The notes under the pieces were generated by a model. It was not told the origin of the DNA, searched no databases, and worked only from the letters and a program-made list of their open reading frames with translations. A stretch of DNA of 64,000 bases, taken from Octopus sinensis (taxonomy: Eukaryota). Shown here in pieces: positions 1-45,490 of the stretch (its first letter is position 1; each line of letters starts with the position of its first letter). The translations under genes were made by a program, and so were the position numbers. The stretch covers positions 9,672,001 through 9,736,000 of the forward strand of contig NC_043023.1 of NCBI RefSeq assembly GCF_006345805.1, written 5' to 3'.

Positions 1-119
1 TCATTTATCATTTGATCTTTCAATTCTAGTTCTTTTTCTTTTCCTGCCTCCAGTTCATTGGACATAGTATTTAATATCTTACCTGTACTATTTCTGAGCA
101 ATTTTCTTTTTTCTTACAG

Positions 120-32463
<32,344 letters not shown>

Positions 32464-32541
32464 GAAGTAAGTGTAATTTGGTCTCTTTTATACTTTTATA
32501 CCAGCGCAATCGATATTCGCATGATGTTACTATCAATATCT

Positions 32542-32766
32542 ATTTCTTTACTACCCACAAGGGCTAAACACAGAGAGGGCAAACAAGACAGACAAACGGA
32601 TTAGTCGATTACATCGACCCCATGCGTAAATGGTACTTATTTAATCGACCACGAAGGATGAAAGGCAAAGTCGACCTCGGCGGAATTTGAACTCAGAACG
32701 TAACGGCAGACGAAATACGGCTACGCATTTCGCCCGGCGTGCTAACGATTCTGCCAGTTCGCCGCC
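32542..32766 (-). mobile_element. SINE family C
   Basis: Homology; lies just 3' of the last 7TM exon and carries single-base losses. Confidence 0.8.
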
Positions 32767-32830
32767 TATTGTTACTATCAATATCATCACTCTGGGGATA
32801 GACATCATCGTAAATATCAACTCTACAGTC

Positions 32831-32879
<49 letters not shown>

Positions 32880-33545
32880 CATTATATCATTCATCACCTA
32901 TATCTTCAGTACTCTCACTATATACCTTTCGTTGAGAAATTTAGAAATAATAAGAGTTTATTTAGAAATCATGATTATGTATCACATTGAAAACAATATA
33001 TTTTGGAACGAGAATATGGCAGCGCCACCCTCGGTCGAGGATTTATTCTGTGTCGAGGAAGAGAAATAGCCGAGTATTCTATCGGAAAAAAGGCTAAATG
33101 TTACAGCGAAATGATGCAACAGCACGTGTTCTTCCCTTAGATAGATTTTTGTGTCGTCTTCCACTCCTTTTCGTCTCATACTAATTCCGACAATAAAGAC
33201 TGAAGACTATATGTCATACAGTGTATATTAATTTTACAGAACATTAGAAAATAAGTATTATAGTTTCAATTTGGTTCTATAATGTTTAAAGGGAAGCATT
33301 GCTTTCTCTTGCTTCACACCTATGATATATATTTATATATAGTATATATATAATATATATATATATATATAGTATGATATAATATTTATATAATATATAT
33401 ATAATAATATTATATATATATATATATATGATATATGATATATATATATATTAATATATGATATATGATATTATAGTAATTTATTATATATATGATATTC
33501 TATATATTTTTATAGGAATATATTGTATATATTATATATATCTTA

Positions 33546-33581
<36 letters not shown>

Positions 33582-33695
33582 TTATGATAATATATATATA
33601 TATCTATATATATCACTTTATATATATGAATATATATTAATATCATATATCATATATATATATAATATAATATATATAGTATCAATATATATATC

Positions 33696-33728
<33 letters not shown>

Positions 33729-33843
33729 ATCATATATATCATATATATATATAAATATAATATTCAGATATATATATAATATATATATATAGATATAATA
33801 TATATATATATAATATATATATATGTGGTGTGTGTGTGTGAAA

Positions 33844-34098
33844 GCCCCTTCGTTCACGACGCTGACCTACAAAGTTACCCTCCCAGCACGAGTCCGAGCA
33901 AGGTTGCTTATGAAAGACCAGCAGTCACACATGCATACCGGCCTCCCCTCCCCCGCTACATTTCCACATGATGAACTGGAGCAACGTGAATAAAGTGTCT
34001 TGCTCAAAAACACAACTCGCCAGCCCGTTTTGGGATTCGAGCTCACAACCTCATGATCATAAGCTCGAAGCTCTAAACACTGAGCCATGCGCCTTCAC
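33844..34098 (-). mobile_element. tRNA-derived SINE family E
   Basis: GTGAAGGCGCATGGCTCAGTG head; the 3' body is shared with 29996-30188. Confidence 0.65.
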
Positions 34099-34100
34099 GT

Positions 34101-34131
<31 letters not shown>

Positions 34132-34163
34132 TAATATATATATATATATATATAATGGTAGAT

Positions 34164-34220
<57 letters not shown>

Positions 34221-35447
34221 CGACAGATATGTTTCTTTATTAGCCACAGGGCTGCACACAGACATGACCACAATTACAAGGTAGAGCTTTGTTTTTGTAA
34301 TTTGTCCTGTCTGTGTGCAGCCCTCTGTGGCTAATAAAGAACATATCTATATATCTATTATCTATATATCTATTATCATATACTATATATCATATCCATA
34401 TGTAGATAGATAATAATTTTCTTTTTGGCCACACAGGGCTGCACACAGATGGGACACAATTACATGTAGAGCTTTTCATTTGGGGGATAAAAAAACAAAA
34501 AACCAAAAGAAACACAAAGAAGTGGCGTAGGGTTTCGATCAAAAGGGATCGTAAAGGAAAAAAAGGAGAAAAAAAAGAGAAAAAGCAAAAAGGAAAAAAA
34601 GGAAAAGAAACAAAAGCAAAGAAATAAAAAAGAAAGATAGATAGACATACCTATATACATACGTTTATTGTGTGTGTGTTGTTGTGTGTGTGTAGGTAAT
34701 ACACGAGGGAAGAAACGATGAACGTAGCAGTCAGCGCATTGGAGTTTGGAGTTACACATCAAGTGGAAGTCAGCCAAACTGTTTCTTAATTCTTGTGCGA
34801 GTGCACCGCGCACCTGTTGTGCGCGTGTGTGTCTATGTATAGTAAACAATAAAGAGTGAATAGCTGAAAACATCACTACACGTTTCAATAGCATGGTTAT
34901 TTATCTCTAAATCATTGTGCCTTACATAATACATTATGTAAATCCCTATATCAAAATTGTCGCGAAAAAACATTCCTCACTCAGAGCGCCGAAATACAAT
35001 CAATATTCGAAGATGGAGATATTTATAAACAAACAGAATGAAATAATAACTTTGAAATTGGGATGGATAAATTAGAGCCTACGACCAATCAAACTGCACG
35101 ATTCAAAAGGCAATTGAATTAATGCATACGTATGCAATTTACTAAGAGAGAGATTTATGTCAGTTTATACGGGTTATGCCCTGCGGCGGGTAATGCCCTG
35201 CAAAATACCGGTTTAATGTCCTGCAATAAAGCGGTATTCCCAGTATACGTCAGCTTCCAAAGTAACCGGCAGAACACGTCTGTTCTTTAGATAACTGATC
35301 AAAAGACAATTTCGTAGCTTTAAGTGGCATATGTGATATACATCATACATATCAATATATACGCACACATTTGCAAATAAGTATTCATTCAGTGGTCTAA
35401 AAAATTAAACCACAAATACAGAATGAATAAATATAAATACAGCTATA

Positions 35448-35861
35448 GGCGCAGGAGTGGCTGTGTGGTAAGTAGCTTGCTTACCAACCACATGGTTCCG
35501 GGTTCAGTCCCACTGCGTGACACCTTAGGCAAGTGTCTTCTGCTATAGCCCCGGGCCGACCAAAGCCTTGTGAGTGGATTTGGTAGATGGGAAACTGAAA
35601 GAAGCCTGTCGTATATATGTATATATATGTGTATATGTGTATGTGTGTGTTTGTGTTGTGTGTGTGTTTTCCCCCTAGCATTGCTTGACAACCGATGCTG
35701 GTGTGTTTAGACTCCCCGTCACTTAGCGGTCGGCAAAGGGACCGATAGAATAAGTACTGGGCTTACAAAGAATAAGTCCCGGGGTCGATTTGCTCGACTA
35801 AAGGCGTGCTCCTGCATGGCCGCAGTCAAATGACTGAAACAAGTAAAAAGAGTAAAAAGAG
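35448..35861 (+). mobile_element. SINE family B
   Basis: Homology to the other copies. Confidence 0.85.
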
Positions 35862-36403
35862 AGACCCACGTAATTATATACTCAACCAAGCAAGCCTTTA
35901 ACTGAATAGAGCTAAACAGTCCATCTGTTTTTATATAAGTCGCGTAGTTGTTCTGAAAATGAACCAATTATTTGCTGACATCTTACAGCGTACTCCCGAA
36001 AATTATTATTGCCTGTGAGTGTAATTACTCTTTTCAATGACTGAAACAAGTAAAAAAGAGTAAAAAGAGAGACCCACGTAAATTATATACTCAACCAAGC
36101 AGCCTTTAACTGAATAGAGCTAAACAGTCCATCTGTTTTATATAGAAAGTCGCGTAGTTGTTCTGGGAAATGAACCAATTATTTGCTGACATCTTACAGC
36201 GTACTCCCGAAAATTATTATTGCCTGTGAGTGTAATTACTCTTTCAATAAAATCTTGTTGTTCAACCCTACTTATTCTTTAGTAACATATTTCTCTTGTG
36301 AGAAAAGAGTTGATGGCAATTGTTGCTGGGTATAATATTTATGGTTATGAATTATTGACTTGAAAAATTGATATTCATTAGTTTTTTTGATTATGTTTTC
36401 CAG

Positions 36404-36492
36404 GTTCAGTCTCCGATTATGAATGGGAGGTAAAAAAAGCAGAAACGACCTTTCGAATGAGAATCAAAAATTCCTCAAGACTAGTCGTTTGA
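36404..36492 (+). CDS. Possible terminal exon of the aGPCR (SVSDYEWEVKKAETTFRMRIKNSSRLVV*)
   Basis: tatgttttccAG acceptor; phase-1 compatible with the GTAAGT donor at 32467 only if one base is missing upstream (..ggcaa[a]gtt..). Speculative. Confidence 0.25.
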
Positions 36493-36995
36493 TGATATTT
36501 TACGACTCAAAATTCTAATATTCTTATATTACATTAAACTAAGCAAATATATCCCAGCCGCCTATTTCATATTAAATTTTTTGCTTTCTCAAATAATCTG
36601 CAAAATATATACGCTTGTGTGTGTCTGTGAGAGGGTGTGCGTGTGTGTGTGCGTTTGTGAGTCTTCAAGAGTCACCTTTGATCATATTTTGCCTCAACTT
36701 TTCTTCTTATATTACATTAAACGCACGTCCATATAGCGTAGCTTTATTTTTTGCCTATTGATACAACACTATGCAACTAAGACTCTTTAATCCGCAATAA
36801 TCTAATTTTAAAAGAAGCTACATTCATGACTATTGGCTGAAACCTAAATTCTGAAAATTTCCTAAATCTCTACTCTTTCTGTATATTTTGTTTTGTTTTT
36901 CTGAATAAAGTTGTTTGTTACTATAGCTTTTCTGAAATTCCGGTTAATCTATAATAATATAAAATAATAATAATAATAATAATATAAAAAATAAT

Positions 36996-37803
36996 GCAAA
37001 AGAAATAGACAAAGAAAAATCCCAGCAATGGTTGAGAACTCAGGACTAAAAGCAGAGACAGAGAGATTTTTAATTGCAGCACAAGACCAAAGCCTCCCCA
37101 CCAGAAATTACCAAAAACATGTAATGAAAAGAAATATAACAAGTAACTGCAGAATATGTGGAGATGGACAAAAACAATAAATCATATTATCTCTGGCTGC
37201 CCAGTCCTGGCTAAGAAGGAATATTTCACAGACATGACAGAGTTGGAACCTACATACACTGGAAGCTATGCCAACATTGTGAAAACCACAGAAAAAGATG
37301 GTATAGGCACACACAAGAAAAGGTCCAGAAAACGAGAAAGCAACCATACTCTGGGATATACCGATCACACAGATAGAGAAATTAAGGCCAACAACCAGAT
37401 ATAGTTGTCAGAGATCATGAAGGAAAAACGCTTTCTAATTGATGTATCAATACCGGCAGATGACAACGTGTCCTAAAAGAAATTGGAGAAACTTTCAAAA
37501 TACAAAGACCTGGAAATAGAGATAACCGGAATGTGGAATCTAAAAACAGAAAACAATTCCTTCATAGTAGGTGCATTAGGCATGATAAAACAATATTCAG
37601 ACAAATACTAACAAAAACACCAGGACTTACAACACATATAACATACAGAAAATTGCACTACTAGCACTGCACACATCCTACGCAGAACACTTTCCACAAT
37701 ACAACCATCAGAGCATCGCAACAAATCACAGCACATACCCAAGGCACACAGAGCTGCGCTCGGTAGTGAAGTGAAAGCACGCTATAAAAATAAAACTACT
37801 GAA
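36996..37803 (+). mobile_element. R4/Dong-like LINE 3' fragment (CCHC finger, RLE domain, 3'UTR) in an (AAT)n tract
   Basis: AAQDQSLPTRNY, CRICG..INHIISGCPVLAK, KANxPDIVV..IDVSIPAD..KYKDLEIEI motifs across frameshifts; (AAT)n on both sides. Confidence 0.85.
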
Positions 37804-37989
37804 TGATAATAAAAATAATAATAATAATAATAATAATATAATATAATAATAATTAATACTAATAATATAATAATAATAATAACAATATAATAATAATAAT
37901 AATAATAACAATAATATAATAATAATAATAATAATGAAACAATAGATAAATAAACACTTTAAGTAGAAATAGCTCGGTTATGGAAAATG

Positions 37990-38240
37990 AAGAAGGTGAA
38001 GCAGGTCAATTATTTTGCTGATTGGAAACAGAATCAGCAGACATCAAAAGGAATAAAAGGAAATTGGAATAGAGTGTCCAGTAGAATTGTTACGAAAGAT
38101 TGCCTCCATTCCTCGGCTAAAATATTTGGGAAAGAATTAGACAGTTGAAAAGAATGAATAACGTGGTACCGTAGGCTGCAGGTAGCAAGATCGCTACGCA
38201 AGCAAGAATCCAGGAGGGTCAACACAACCTGATAGAATGA
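37990..38240 (+). mobile_element. 3' terminus of a second R4/Dong-like LINE, followed by an (AAT)n tail
   Basis: Degenerate ORF end (..PVELLRKIA..KIFGKELDS*), short UTR, then a long AAT run. Confidence 0.45.
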
Positions 38241-38390
38241 TAATAATAATAATAACAGCAACAACAACAACACAACAACAATAATAATAAATATGATGAA
38301 ATGATAATAATGATATAATAATAATAACAGCCACAACAACAACAACAATAATATTAATAATGATAATAATAATGATAATAATATAATAAT

Positions 38391-38424
<34 letters not shown>

Positions 38425-38518
38425 TAATAATGATAATGATAATAATAATAATATAATGATAATAATAATAATAATAGTAATAATGAAATGATAATAATAA
38501 TAATATATGATGATGATG

Positions 38519-38557
<39 letters not shown>

Positions 38558-38610
38558 GTAATAATGATATGATAATAATAATAATAATTATGATGATGAT
38601 GATAATGATA

Positions 38611-38690
<80 letters not shown>
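38240..38690. repeat. (AAT)n microsatellite
   Basis: Direct inspection. Confidence 0.95.
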
Positions 38691-38692
<2 letters not shown>

Positions 38693-38992
38693 TGCTTTCT
38701 ACTGGAGGTACAAGGCCTTGCAATTTTTAGTTGACTTTCTCCTCCTGATGATTTTGCTTTCATTTTGAGATTGACAGCTATAATGCAGAAAATACCAGTT
38801 TCCAAAACCTGTTTTCTTGATTTGGTAAAATTGATTAAACTTTAAACCTCAAGTAACATTTTTCTGCAATTTATTCCTAGAACAAATAAATGGCAAAATC
38901 GAATTTAATGTGGAAAATTATTTCAGTATGCCAAATATTAAAATCTAACAATATGTGACAACATGGAAGGCCCTTCAAGAGTAGAAGACACA

Positions 38993-39170
38993 CAGTTATA
39001 AGACGTGTCATACAGTTATAAGACATAAGTTATAAGTAGAAAGACACACAGTTATAAGACGTGTCATACAGTTATAAGACAAGTCATACAGTTATAAGAT
39101 GTGTCATACAGTTATAAGACGTGTCATACAGTTATAAGACGTGTCATACAGTTATAAGACGTGTCATACA
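38993..39170. repeat. 20-bp minisatellite (GTTATAAGACGTGTCATACA)n
   Basis: About 8 imperfect copies. Confidence 0.9.
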
Positions 39171-39595
39171 CACTCAGACACAGACATATATTTACGAACG
39201 TATAATCGGTAATCACAGCTCAAAATGGTGTATTGTAGACATATGTATATATGTGTGTGTGTGTGTGTGTGTATCTGTGTGTGTATCTTTGTATGTGTTT
39301 CTGTGTGTGTGGTTTTTGCAATGGACATAAGAAAAGGTTATATATATATCTATGTTTGTTTCTCTCTCATCACATCGTCTAAATATGTCTTACAAGTATC
39401 ATAGCACTTGTAAACAATTACTTAAATATGTAGCTACCACTTGACAAGTTCCGTTTTAAACAGTAATATATGAGCGATTGTTCCGGGAATAAAGTACTTG
39501 ACAAGAAATCCTCTTGGAAAACAGTAAATAGATAAGTAGACATTTAATATACATAAGGAGCACTCCGTCGGTTACGACGACGAGGGTCCCAGCTG

Positions 39596-39631
<36 letters not shown>

Positions 39632-39633
<2 letters not shown>

Positions 39634-39936
39634 CGGGATCACGGGACCGACCAGACCATCAGATGTTGTTACACATCGCTGGTCACAATGCGTTTGCATT
39701 GTTTTAGCCTTCAAATGACGCCACCCCGCTGGTTAAGCGAGCAGGCCAACAGAAGAAAGAGTGGGAGAAAGATTGGTGAAAGAGTACAGCAGGGATCACG
39801 ACCCCCTGCCGGAGCTTCGTGGAGCTTTTAGGTGTTTTTGCTCAATAAACACTCACAACGCCCGGTCTGGGAATCGAAACCGCGATCCTGCGACCGCGAG
39901 TCCGCTGCCCTAAGAACTAGGTCATTGCGCCTCCAC
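39632..39936 (-). mobile_element. SINE family A head with alternative 3' body (subfamily A2)
   Basis: Same head; the body matches 62041-62313. Confidence 0.75.
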
Positions 39937-39947
39937 ATATATATATA

Positions 39948-40369
39948 GGAGTGGCTGTGTGGTAAGTAGCTTGCTAACCAACCACATGGTTCCGGGTTCA
40001 GTCCCACTGCGTGGCATCTTGGGCAAGTGTCTTCTGCTATAGCCCCGGGCCGACCATTGCCTTGTGAGTGGATTTGGTTGACGGAAACTGAAAGAAGCCT
40101 GTCGTATATATGTATATATATGTATATATGTGTATGTGTGTGTGTTTGTGTGTGTGTGTTTGTCCCCCTAGCATTGCTTGACAACCGATGCTGGTGTGTT
40201 TACGTCCCCGTCACTTAGCGGTTCGGCAAAAGAGACCGATAGAATAAGTACTGGGTTTACAAAGAATAAGTCCCGGGTCGATTTGCTCGACTAGAAGTTG
40301 GTGCTCCAGCATGGCCGCAGTCAAATGACTGAAACAAGTAAAAGAGTAAAAGAGTAAAAGAGTAAAAGA

Positions 40370-40370
<1 letters not shown>
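39948..40370 (+). mobile_element. SINE family B
   Basis: Homology; head-to-head with the A2 copy. Confidence 0.85.
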
Positions 40371-40420
<50 letters not shown>

Positions 40421-42649
40421 AGATTCGTAATATCTGTATTTTTTTACGTAGATAGTAAAAAAAAAATTCGAAATAAATTACGAATTAATAAATTGCGATG
40501 GGGATAGGAGGAAATAAAAAAATTGAAAACCTGATTTCTGGACAAAATCGTATTAACCCCATTTTATACGATGAAACAATGCATAGTTTCTAATCCTTCT
40601 TAAGAATAGAAGGCACTTTTATACAAATTGTACCCTCGCCCTTCAGCATTAAACAAACAATAACTTCCATTATTCCATTATCTATATATCAGCTGTGCCG
40701 ATTCTGCCCATAAGAATCAAATAATGCAATTTACTTGTAGGGCAGAACACCCGGGCAACGCCAGGATTCATTGGTAGTATGTATGCATGTTGTATATACA
40801 TATAGGTACATACACACACACACGCACACACATTCACACACGCATATAAATATATATCTGTGTGTGTATGTACGTATACATGTATATATATCTATGAGTA
40901 TGCATATCATTTTTCAGGTATCTCTTAGCTGCTTAGTGTAGTAATGAATAAATTACAAATTGCTGTCGGAATATACAGATAGAGAGACTGGCAAACAGAA
41001 ATCTGTCTATTTATCTGTCTGTCTGTATGTCTCAGTCCAAATGTGTGTTTGCTAGGCAGATAAATAGATTTCAAAAATGGTGTAAATGAACAAGAGTAGA
41101 TTAGATATTTAGTAAAAATTTGTGCAGAAGAAAATAAAATAAAATGAAATACTTCATGCGGTGAATAAATAGATAAAATTCTAAGAAAACTTATAAAGAG
41201 TAGCTTTATTGTCTGACAGGCTTCACAGTCAGTGTAAGAGAGATGAATTGCTAAATATTAAGTAAATGATAACAACCCATTCTACGGAGTAGTGTGAAGT
41301 TGTAATCTCTGAGAGCTCTAGAAGATACAACCAGCTAAAGATTTCTTTTAAGGTAACGTTAAAATTTTCTTGTCTGAAATCTAGTAAAATGTTATAATTT
41401 CAAATATTCAGCTACATGTGATTAACCAATATGCATGGCACTAACAGAAACACACCTGAACTGTCGCATGTCAGATGAGCAGACCACATACTAAAGTCTT
41501 GTATTTCGAAACGACAGAATACTCACACACACTCACACACTCACACAAACACACGCACGAAAACAAAGAAGGACCAGTAGTTGGAAAGGTATTACATCAT
41601 TTGTAACATTGTTATATAAGTTTTGTTCAGATTTATATCTATCTTGTATGAACCTTTATTCCTAACTTTTCCCTTTTTGCCAAATTTTATACTCAAAATT
41701 ATATAACAGCCTCATATAAAATGTGATAGTTTTGCTAAAAAAAAAACGGTCCATTCATTGTTATAGAAAGCTTTCATGAGCTGGAATTGAATGTTGCTTC
41801 GAGCCAATTCTTGTTTGCATTGATTCCTTTTTCCTTCCTTCAACGTTCAAGTTAAGATAATTTTAGTCCGTTTTGTGTACTTATTACTGTACCTGCTGTG
41901 CACATTGTTTTGTCTTGTTCTAGACTATTACATACATACACACACACATACACATATACATGCACAAACATGCCGGGATTCATTCAGTTTACCGTTGAAT
42001 GTACGACTGGGTGGACAAACGAAAGAAATCCATTTAATAGGATATAACCAGAATGAAAAATGCGGGGGCAGAATGCTAGAATGTTCTTAAGTTGAAGCGT
42101 GTAATTAAGCCTGGAAATGTATAAGACAAGATGAAAAAACAGAACTTAAAATTCTGTCGAAGTTAGAATTTGTTAATAAATCTCTGAATTGTTCATTAAA
42201 TAGTGCCTGATTAAATTTGTTGCTTTAAATTGCAAATTAAAAAAACATTATTAAATCAATAATATAAAACATTATTGATTTAAAAACTTCTTCGTATTAA
42301 ACTAGAATATTTCTGACATTATTATTATAGTTATTTTTTAATTTATTACTTAAATTTTAAATCACAGATATTGTTTTAAACTTATGTTAACTCAAAATAA
42401 ACTTATGCTGAATAAATGTAACTCGAAATAGTTTTAAAAAAAACTGGAACTTTTTTAAACGAGCAAAGAATTCATTTCTTTATAGTTTGCATTAATAAAA
42501 TAATTTCTATTTATAATTAGAAAAATATTTGAAAGAATGAAGGTTAATGAACAAATTGAGTGCAAAATGTAGAAATGACTAGCTTTTATTAAGTGGGTGA
42601 ATGGTGTATTTTGATAACCAAACACTTTTGCAAACTTTCTTTTTGTCAA

Positions 42650-42871
42650 ACGGACTGTCCGCTAGTCGACCGGCTCACCGAACGCCTACGTAAGAACAAC
42701 CCTGTCGCCCGTTATTTTCGCTTGGCCGGCTACTTCACCTCAGACCTCAATGTCTTTGGTCTTGCCCTACAACATAGATCCATCAATACTAGATTTCACC
42801 TTCAACATTTCTACATTTTCACCATACGATCTCGAACTCTTTTCAATAATATTCTCCATACGCCATTTTAA
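42650..42871 (+). mobile_element. Probable Penelope-like element GIY-YIG endonuclease C-terminal remnant
   Basis: DRLTERLRKNNPVARYF..SDLNVFGL..RF..YIFTI..LFN resembles the R..EH..PVA.HF..L.V.GL..R..E..I..L..N end of PLE GIY-YIG domains; the E/H residues are degenerate. Confidence 0.45.
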
Positions 42872-43139
42872 GACAAGCATTTTATTTTATTAATTTCTAT
42901 TGTTTATTTATATAATCTTTATTTCATCTGTCTTAGTATTTTTACATTTTTCAATTCTTCAATTTTTAATTATTTTTAATTTGCATTTTTAATTTTTAAT
43001 TCGTATTTTTAATCGTTTTATTCGCCTACACACACTCTCACACATACTCACACGCACACACATAAACACATCCACGCACCCACCTCCATACCTACGTATA
43101 TATATACTGCCACATACGTTCACACAAACTCACACACAT

Positions 43140-43285
43140 TCATGCGCACACACCCATACACACATACATACATACATACATACATACATACACATACATA
43201 CATACATACATACTACATACATACATAAATACATACATACACACACATACATACATACATACATACATACATACACACACATACA

Positions 43286-43316
<31 letters not shown>

Positions 43317-43920
43317 TTATACATACATACATACATACATACATACATACGTACATACACACACATACATACATATATACATACATACATACATACATAC
43401 ATACATACACACACATACATACATATATACATACATACATACATACACACACATACATACACACATACATACATACATACATACACACACATACATACAT
43501 ACATACTACATACATACATAAATACATACATACATACACACACATACATACATACACACATACATACATACACACACATACATACATACATACATACATA
43601 CATACGTACATACACACACATACATACATACATACATACATACATACATACATACACACATACATACATACATACATACACACACATACATACATACATA
43701 CATATACAGATACATACATACATACATACTACATACATACATACATGCATGCATGCATGCATACATACATGCATGCATGCATACATACAAACATGCATGC
43801 ATGCATGCATACATACATACGTATATGCATGCATACATACATACATACATACATACATGCATACATACATACATACATACATGCATGTATGCATACATAC
43901 GTACATACATGCATGCATAC
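43140..43920. repeat. (CATA)n/(CA)n microsatellite
   Basis: Direct inspection. Confidence 0.97.
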
Positions 43921-44094
43921 ATATATGTATAGTGGTCGTATACTGTCAACTCAATGTGACAGTCCCGTAAGGGAATTATACCACCGCCATTTAGCCCTAG
44001 GAAACATCGACGTCTCCTGTCGGCTTTGACACATTTTCTGTGTCCTTATATTCGCAAAGGGGAGGCAATCACCCCCGCAAGCCGGGACAAGGTA

Positions 44095-44140
44095 CCTGAA
44101 GACATATGTTTCAGATTGTATTGCTCATCGTCAGTTCAGG
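44095..44140 (-). ncRNA. Candidate type I (minimal, Penelope-type) hammerhead ribozyme
   Basis: CCUGAA-CUGACGA-ugagcaauacaaucu-GAAA-CAUAUG-UC|UUCAGG: intact core, 6-bp stem I, palindromic stem III ACAU/AUGU, GUC triplet; stem II is weak. Confidence 0.6.
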
Positions 44141-44582
44141 GTAGCCTGCCCCGCTAACTGAGATGACTGCAACCTCTGCAAATATATCATATTTTCAGTA
44201 AAATTTATTTACTGGTCACCGAAATTAGAAATATTGAATTTCTAAATGTTTCAGAGAGACATAAGCGGTGGTGGAGCGATAGAGTGGTCGTATACTGTCA
44301 GCTCAATGTGACAGTCCCCTAAAGGGAATTACACCACCGGGACCATGTGGTTGGTAAGCAAGCTACTTACCACACAGCTACTCCTACGCCCATATATATA
44401 TATACACTCGCACACATGCACATTAAAATACACGCACTCTCACACACGGATGCACATATGCCTCCACATACAACACTCCATACACGCAACACACACATGC
44501 ACAAGGATACACAAACGTTATTCGAAGAGAAATGCACACAGATACACACAACATAAGTGAGATAGATACACAGTGATACACA

Positions 44583-44623
<41 letters not shown>

Positions 44624-45067
44624 ACACACACACACACACATACACACAAGCACACAGACGCTCAAACGTAGGTACGCACACCCATTCACACACCCCTCAC
44701 AACAGCCGCTAACTTGCTTTTGACCTCTCAGCGACATAAACATTAACACTAATACACGCACACACAAACAGTTACGGTCACAAACACTCACACGCTACGC
44801 TCCCCCCGCATTTACTCACACACACACATACTGACCATCTTCACACTCTTGTCCCACAAAACTACATTCTCTCCTTCTACTTCCGGTTACTTCAGAAATG
44901 TAACTACACGTCGGCCTTGGCGATTTTTCTTCTTTGGACTTTTTCTTTTCTCCTTTCCGACGTTCGAAACGCTAAATACTCTCTTTCACCGAGCATCAAG
45001 CTAATATAATACTTTTGCGTTGTGAAATAAACGTGCATGTGGCTGAGCACTCCACGGACACGCATGC

Positions 45068-45490
45068 CTATTTCTTTATTACCCACAAGGGGCTAAACAT
45101 AGAGAGGGCAAACAAGGACAGACATAGGTATTAAGTCGATTACATCGGCCCCAGTGCGTAACTGGTACTTAATTTATCGACCCCGAAAGGATGAAAGGTA
45201 AAGTCGACCTCGGCGGAATTTGAACTCACAACGTAACAGCAGACGAAATACCTATTTCTATTTCTTTATTACCCACAAGGGGCTAAACATAGAGGGGACA
45301 AACAAGGACAGACATAGGTATTAAGTCGATTACATTGGCCCCAGTGCGTAACTGGTACTTAATTTATCGACCCCGAAAGGATGAAAGGTAAAGTCGACCT
45401 CGGCGGAATTTGAACTCAGAACGTAAGAGCAAACGAAATACCGCTAAGCATTTCGCCCGATGTGCTAACGTTTCTGCCAGCTCGCCGCCT
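45068..45490 (-). mobile_element. SINE family C, one head plus two bodies
   Basis: Same body-body junction as at 19 kb. Confidence 0.8.

Noticed and set aside
35830-36247. 208-bp tandem duplication as a biological event
   Set aside because: The copies differ almost only by homopolymer indels in an error-rich block, so it is most likely an assembly artefact.
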